Assembly (NCBI GenBank): GCA_008632985.1
Contig: QPGO01000069.1
Coordinates: 62,001-126,000 of the forward strand
DNA from: Psammoneis japonica
Taxonomy: Eukaryota
Length of the DNA: 64,000 bases
Direction: 5' to 3'
Below the pieces are notes generated by a model that ran no database searches, was not told the origin of the DNA, and was given only the letters and a program-made list of their open reading frames with translations. A program made the translations under genes and the position numbers. Below, piece after piece: positions 59,253 to 64,000 of this stretch. The stretch's first letter is position 1. Each line of letters starts with the position of its first letter.

Positions 59253-60884
59253 AATGAATGGACTACGCCAATTGTTTGGGCATTATCACAGTGGTGAAGA
59301 GGAAGAGACAGAAGTTGACGCAACCATGGCACCCCCACCTAGAGAAGGAAATTATGATGTCGGAGAGCTAAATCGTCGGCTCAAAGACACAGAAAATCGA
59401 CTTAATCTCTTCGTGAGTCGTGTTGTCAACTTCTCTAAACATGTAGATAACCAAATCGTCAAACTGCTCGAAGACCAAGGCTTCGATTTTGAGACGAAAC
59501 AGCAAGCTCCTGGTGAGACCCGTGTATCTCAACAGAATGGAAGCCTGAATGATATCGGAGCTCTCGACCGTCGGCTCGAGGCCACAGAAAATCTACTTGG
59601 TCTCTTGATGAGTGATATTGTCAGCTACTCTGAAAAACACGGAGATAACCAGATCTCCAAATTGCTCAAAGAACAAGGCTTGGATGTTGAGGCGAAACAG
59701 CAAAATCCTCGTGAAGCTCCTGTATCTCAGCATGATAGAAGCCTTATGATGAATCGTCGGCTCGAAGACACAGAAAATCGACTGAATCTCTTGATTAATT
59801 TTTTTGGAGTAGGAGGGGCTACCTCGTCAGACAAGAAGTTGGTAAGTCAGCTGAAACGAGATAAAAAGGCACTGATCAAGAGAAAGAAAGAGCTAGAAAG
59901 TTGGTGTGAGCGAGATGAACGTCGAATCCGCGAATTCAGCGAAGAAAACCACATTTTAAGGCAAGAGCTGAGCAACGCCACGCAGCGCACAGTCGACGCT
60001 GACGAAGTGCGAGACAAGCCCAAGAGCGAGCATCTCGTGCTAAAGAAGCTAAGGAAGAAGCCATTGCTCGCCTTACCCAAGCTCACGAGGCTGCAGAACG
60101 AGCTACCGAACGCGCAAACTATGCCGAAGAAGTCGAGCAGCGTATGCGCCAGATTTATGAATCATCCGTTGTCAATCGCGGGGATGTGGCCACCAACTCG
60201 TCTGCCTTCCCGACTGGGGATCAGATCCTTTCCAATGTTCGAAGTAGTGCGAAATGCGCCGAGGATTTCCTTTATGACTTGGTTGAACTTCGGGGGGAGG
60301 AAGACGGTAATAGGAAAACCACAATCAAGGATTATTCGACCATCATCCAGGAAGTTCTGGTCCCAGCCGCTAAGTTCGCACATCACCAAGTTGACTCATA
60401 TGTGTCGAGCAAGGAGAGACAATTGGAGGCTTTGCTAGAAGGCAAAGACTGTCGCGATGCAGGGCTGGTCAAGCTCTTTATGGTATTCACCATGCAACGT
60501 TTGGTTTGCAGACGGCTGAATGAGGGTGCAACAGAAGCGCCCTTTGAAGCCCAAGGCACGAAGTCGGAGGTGCTCAGATGGGCCATGAGTGACAAGGTCA
60601 CCAATGACAAAAATATGGAAGGCAAGTCAATTGATAGTTTCATCCACGACTTGCGGAATCTGTACCTGCAGTGCCAATGCAGTGAGCCACCTTGTTATTT
60701 GCATCCCATGGTGGGCAAGGAGGTGAAATTCTCTCCCGAACACCACAGGCAGTGCTTCCATTTCTCCTCCAATGCAAAGCCTGGCGATGTCGTCTACGTC
60801 CTATATCCAGGAGTTTACTTTGGCGATCCCGGCAAGGCCAAGGACGGGCCTGTTTACAAGGCGCGAGTCTTACTGCTGAAGTAA
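59253..60884 (+). CDS. Coiled-coil protein with N-terminal repeats and a C-terminal GrpE/Mieap-like domain; apparent frameshift ~60005
   Basis: Frame correction joins ORF 59218-60438 (5' part) to 60144-60884 through RQAQERASRAKEAKEEAIARL. C-terminus: LYLQCQCSEPP..VGKEVKFSPEHH...GDVVYVLYPGVY...VYKARVLL*. Confidence 0.7.
59365..59800 (+). repeat. Intragenic ~190 bp repeat, about 2.3 copies
   Basis: LNRRLKDTENRLNL / LDRRLEATENLLGL / MNRRLEDTENRLNL. The following DNQI.KLL..QG.D.E.KQQ.P.E..VSQ occurs twice and is visible at DNA level. Confidence 0.9.
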
Positions 60885-60999
60885 TCGTGCTTGTCCATAA
60901 ATTAGTAGTACACGAATCTGTAGTTTTACTGTAGCACCGGCTCCGCATACGGTCAGCCATAGGAATGCTTCTAATTGACAAAGAATCTGCTGCACATGT

Positions 61000-62660
61000 C
61001 ACATGCTTAGCAAACAAGTGTTCAAGGAGTCAACCCCTGCTTTCGCGTAGGCTTGTTGCTTGCAACCTCATTGAAAAGAAACAGACTTCTTTGACATTTC
61101 ATTGTCGCAGAATTAATTGGGAAGTCTGACTCAGCATCATTCTTTTGCTTCATCATAACTTGTTTGTCATCCTCATCTGACAAGGAGGCTTGACACAGTG
61201 CCTGGAGCAAGAGTGAGATGAAGCACAAGAGGATCAGAGAATCAGTTTCCTGCCAAAACACAGACCATGCCTGAGACTCGGTGTTGCAAGATCATGTCTC
61301 TGTCCAGCTTTGCAACATCCATCCCTTCAAAAGATAAACAAAACAGTGGAACAGCAGCTGCAACCAAGGCTGTGTGTGTCAAGAGGCTGTGCCCTCCAAG
61401 CTGGCAACCAATTTCATTTCATCCTGTTCTTGTGTGATGTTGCAACTTGGGCCTCCTTTGCACTTTGGATCTGATCTGATCCACCACAAATTTTGCATTT
61501 GCACACTTGGCAACTTCCTCAACCAGAGCCTCTGGGGTGGCTGCAGCACTGAATGGACACCCCGGTTGCTTGACATGAGCTTCTTGAATTTGCAAGTGCA
61601 TTGATCACTGCACTCACTTGAGCTTGCTGAGCAAGGCATGCTGCAGGCCATCGCAATTCTGAGCTGCATGCACACTGTTCTGCACAGCTGTGTGCTGACA
61701 ATTTCTGTGTGGAATTTTGTGTGCATTTTGCACCAAACTTTTGTCACCATGACAACCTCTCCTCCGACACAGGCTGGCCCTGTCTGCCAGCACTTTTCCT
61801 CCCAGTTCTTTTAATGCCATTGGAGATGCTCTTCCCAGCCACTCCTGCCAGAGCTGGCAACAGCATTGCTCCCTGTTCTGGACACTTTTTCTTGAATGAA
61901 TCCAACATGTCTAAGGTGTTGGCCATGGGCTGCACAATGATGTTGCGACCCTTGCAGCAAAAGGCCTTGCAAGATCCTTTGGTCAACAAGGGGGCATCAG
62001 TTTTCTTTGACAGCAAAATGTTCTCACAGAAATCAACATGGCCAGCTTGGCATCTGGTTTGACTTGTTCTCAACATTCTGCTGTTCACATTGCATTGGCA
62101 GCAATGGTCATCAAAAGGCTGCATGCACTGTTGTCATCCATTGCCCCTGGACTTGCCTCACCTTCTTCAAGATTTGTGGTGCTGCTTTCATGAACAAAGC
62201 TTTGAAGGATGACTCCATTTTCATGTGGCAACATGATTGGGATGAAACACCATGGACATTGTGTGCAACTTGCAAATTGCAGTTAATTTGCCTGAGCACC
62301 ACTCCACTGACCTCCTTGCAAAATGCCTTTTCAAGCAGTTGTGCCTGATTGTCGTCAAGCAAATTGCCTGTCTGTCTCATTCCTCAGAAGGTCATGTCCC
62401 TGAAAGACAAATCTCTCTGTGTGCAAAAGTTGAGATGCAGTCTGCAGCTTGGTGGGGTGGACAAGACCTTGGAGGTTGGCAGCAATGCATGATGGCAACA
62501 GAGCAAACAGACGCTTTGATGAAAGTTGTTGTCCAAAAGTTGTGATGAGAAGTTTGTTGTCATTTTGAATCAATTTGTGGGCTTGGCCAAACAAGTTGCT
62601 GAAAAGAGCTGAGTCTGGGATGCAGTCGTGACATGCAACCACAATGACATTGAGTCATGA
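61000..62660. mobile_element. TpA-depleted repeat DNA, probably including the Copia 3' LTR
   Basis: Lies directly downstream (minus strand) of the Copia polypurine tract and shows the same dinucleotide signature. Confidence 0.5.
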
Positions 62661-64000
62661 CTCTCCCTCTCAACCAAGAGAGCTCACCAGCCCACAACAG
62701 CCTTTCCAGCTGTGTGGAACACATCAGTCCGCAGTCCCTTCGTGAACTGATTGGCTGGTTGCTCCAGAGTGCTGATGGGTTGGATGTTGATCTCCAATTG
62801 CTCAACTTTGGTCCTAAACCAGTGGTGTGGGATGCCGATGTGTTTGGTTCATGGAGACAACTTGGGCATGAATGCAAACTTGAGGCATGCAGAGTTGTCT
62901 TTGCACACAACGGACGCAGGTGGGACATTCTGCTCAACAGGCAAGTCATCGGTGCCTTGGTTTGCAAGCTCAAAAGCCTTGGAGTGAGTCATGATGGGGT
63001 TTTGGTGGTCAGACTTTCCAAACGCATGGTGGTTGAGCTCCTTGAGAACTTCATGAATGGGGATGAGATCACGCACAGCTTGAGAAAGTGCAACATGTTC
63101 CACTTCCACAGTCGACAATGCTGCAAGAGTCTGCAGCTTGGACACCCAGATGAGCGGGCAGCCGGCACAGCAAATGAGGCGTCCAGTCCTGGACTTGACA
63201 GAAACTGGGTCTTGACCATCTTCCACACCAAACAACCCCACGAAGTCAGAATTGACGCAACAATCAACTCAACAATCTTGTGCAGGCTTGAGAATGAGAC
63301 CTTCAGCAGCAGCAGCAGCAGCAGCTTTGAGGTGTCAGAGCATCTGCTTCACTGCAGCAGTGTGGAACACTCAGGGTGCAAACAAGAGTCAAGCTGCTTG
63401 ATGCATGGCATCCTTTGCTGCCAAGTGCATCAACATTCCAACAACTGAGCGACAATCGCAGGGTTCATCAAAAGGTGGGCCGTCCGTGTCAGCACCGAGA
63501 GGTGCAGGTAGAGCTGGAGCAGATGCTCCATTGCAATCCTCCATCTGTGCGGTGCGCAGGACCTTGTCAATCAGACCTGGTTGAGTGAGTGGAAATCGAC
63601 CCTTGGAGAGCTTTTCAATCTTGATGCTGAGAAAGTTGCCGACTTCTCCTTTGTCTCTTAGTTCAAATGTGCGGCGATGCTTGTTGTCAGAGACTCCTAA
63701 TTTGCGAATCTCCTCCTCCAGAGCTTCAGCTGACGCACCAGCGAAGACCGTGTCGTCGATGTGCACAACACACATCATGCCTTCCTTGACGCACAGGCAT
63801 GGGTCAATGGCTGAAGGCACCCATCCGTGCTCCATCAACCCGTCTCTCAACTTCTCATGGAAACCCTTGGGAGACTGTTTTAGGCCGTGTGGTCCTTTCA
63901 AAAGCTTGAGGACCATGTTGAGTCCCGACCTTGGTGCAAAACCCTTTGGCGGTGTTGTGTGAACTTCCTCGGCAATGTCAGCTTGACAGAAGGCTGTTGT
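62661..64000 (-). mobile_element. Mutated Ty1/Copia LTR retrotransposon: RT and RNase H region plus polypurine tract
   Basis: TAFCQADIAEEV, LKG(PH)GLKQSP, DPCL, VV(HI)DD, FLSIKI, LTQPGLID, RSVVGMLM, SRTG, WVSKLQT..ALST.EVEHVAL, DNSAC, TKHIGIP(H)HWFR and ANQFTKGL. PPT GGTTGAGAGGGAGAG at ~62660-62674. Confidence 0.93.

Noticed and set aside
62661..64000. Alternative genetic code or classical fungal RIP as the explanation for Tyr->His/Cys
   Set aside because: Neighbouring genes use Tyr codons normally. RIP is C->T and increases TpA, the opposite of what is seen.

Overview
Eukaryotic nuclear DNA, most likely from a diatom (inferred from short GT-AG introns, ASAFAP-type bipartite plastid presequences, a diatom-like Copia element and compact genes). 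About 22 protein-coding genes are interleaved with four blocks of decayed transposon-like DNA (~20.9-22.1, 25.0-34.2, 50.05-54.55 and 61.0-64.0 kb). Housekeeping genes include a type II H+-PPase, NAGS, UBL5, an ABC1 kinase, a DUF819 protein, NDUFB2, TRAPPC4, an SDR, UROS and a mitochondrial phosphate carrier. Many genes carry 1-2 bp indels that look like uncorrected long-read errors. Three signals stand out. (1) The repeat blocks are almost devoid of TpA as well as CpG. Conserved Copia RT/RNase H tyrosines have become His or Cys (TA->CA and TA->TG), and both target-site copies of a Harbinger-like MITE are changed the same way. This suggests a strand-symmetric, repeat-targeted A->G mutator at TpA, RIP-like in effect but different in chemistry. 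(2) An intronless island between two such blocks carries a head-to-head pair of an atypical HSPA12-type Hsp70 and a coiled-coil protein ending in a GrpE/Mieap-like domain, next to an ankyrin protein. (3) There is also a Crinkler/RHS-type NTPase-nuclease gene and a plastid-directed NAGS paralogue lacking its catalytic GNAT domain. All family calls come from motif recognition by eye; no database search was run.
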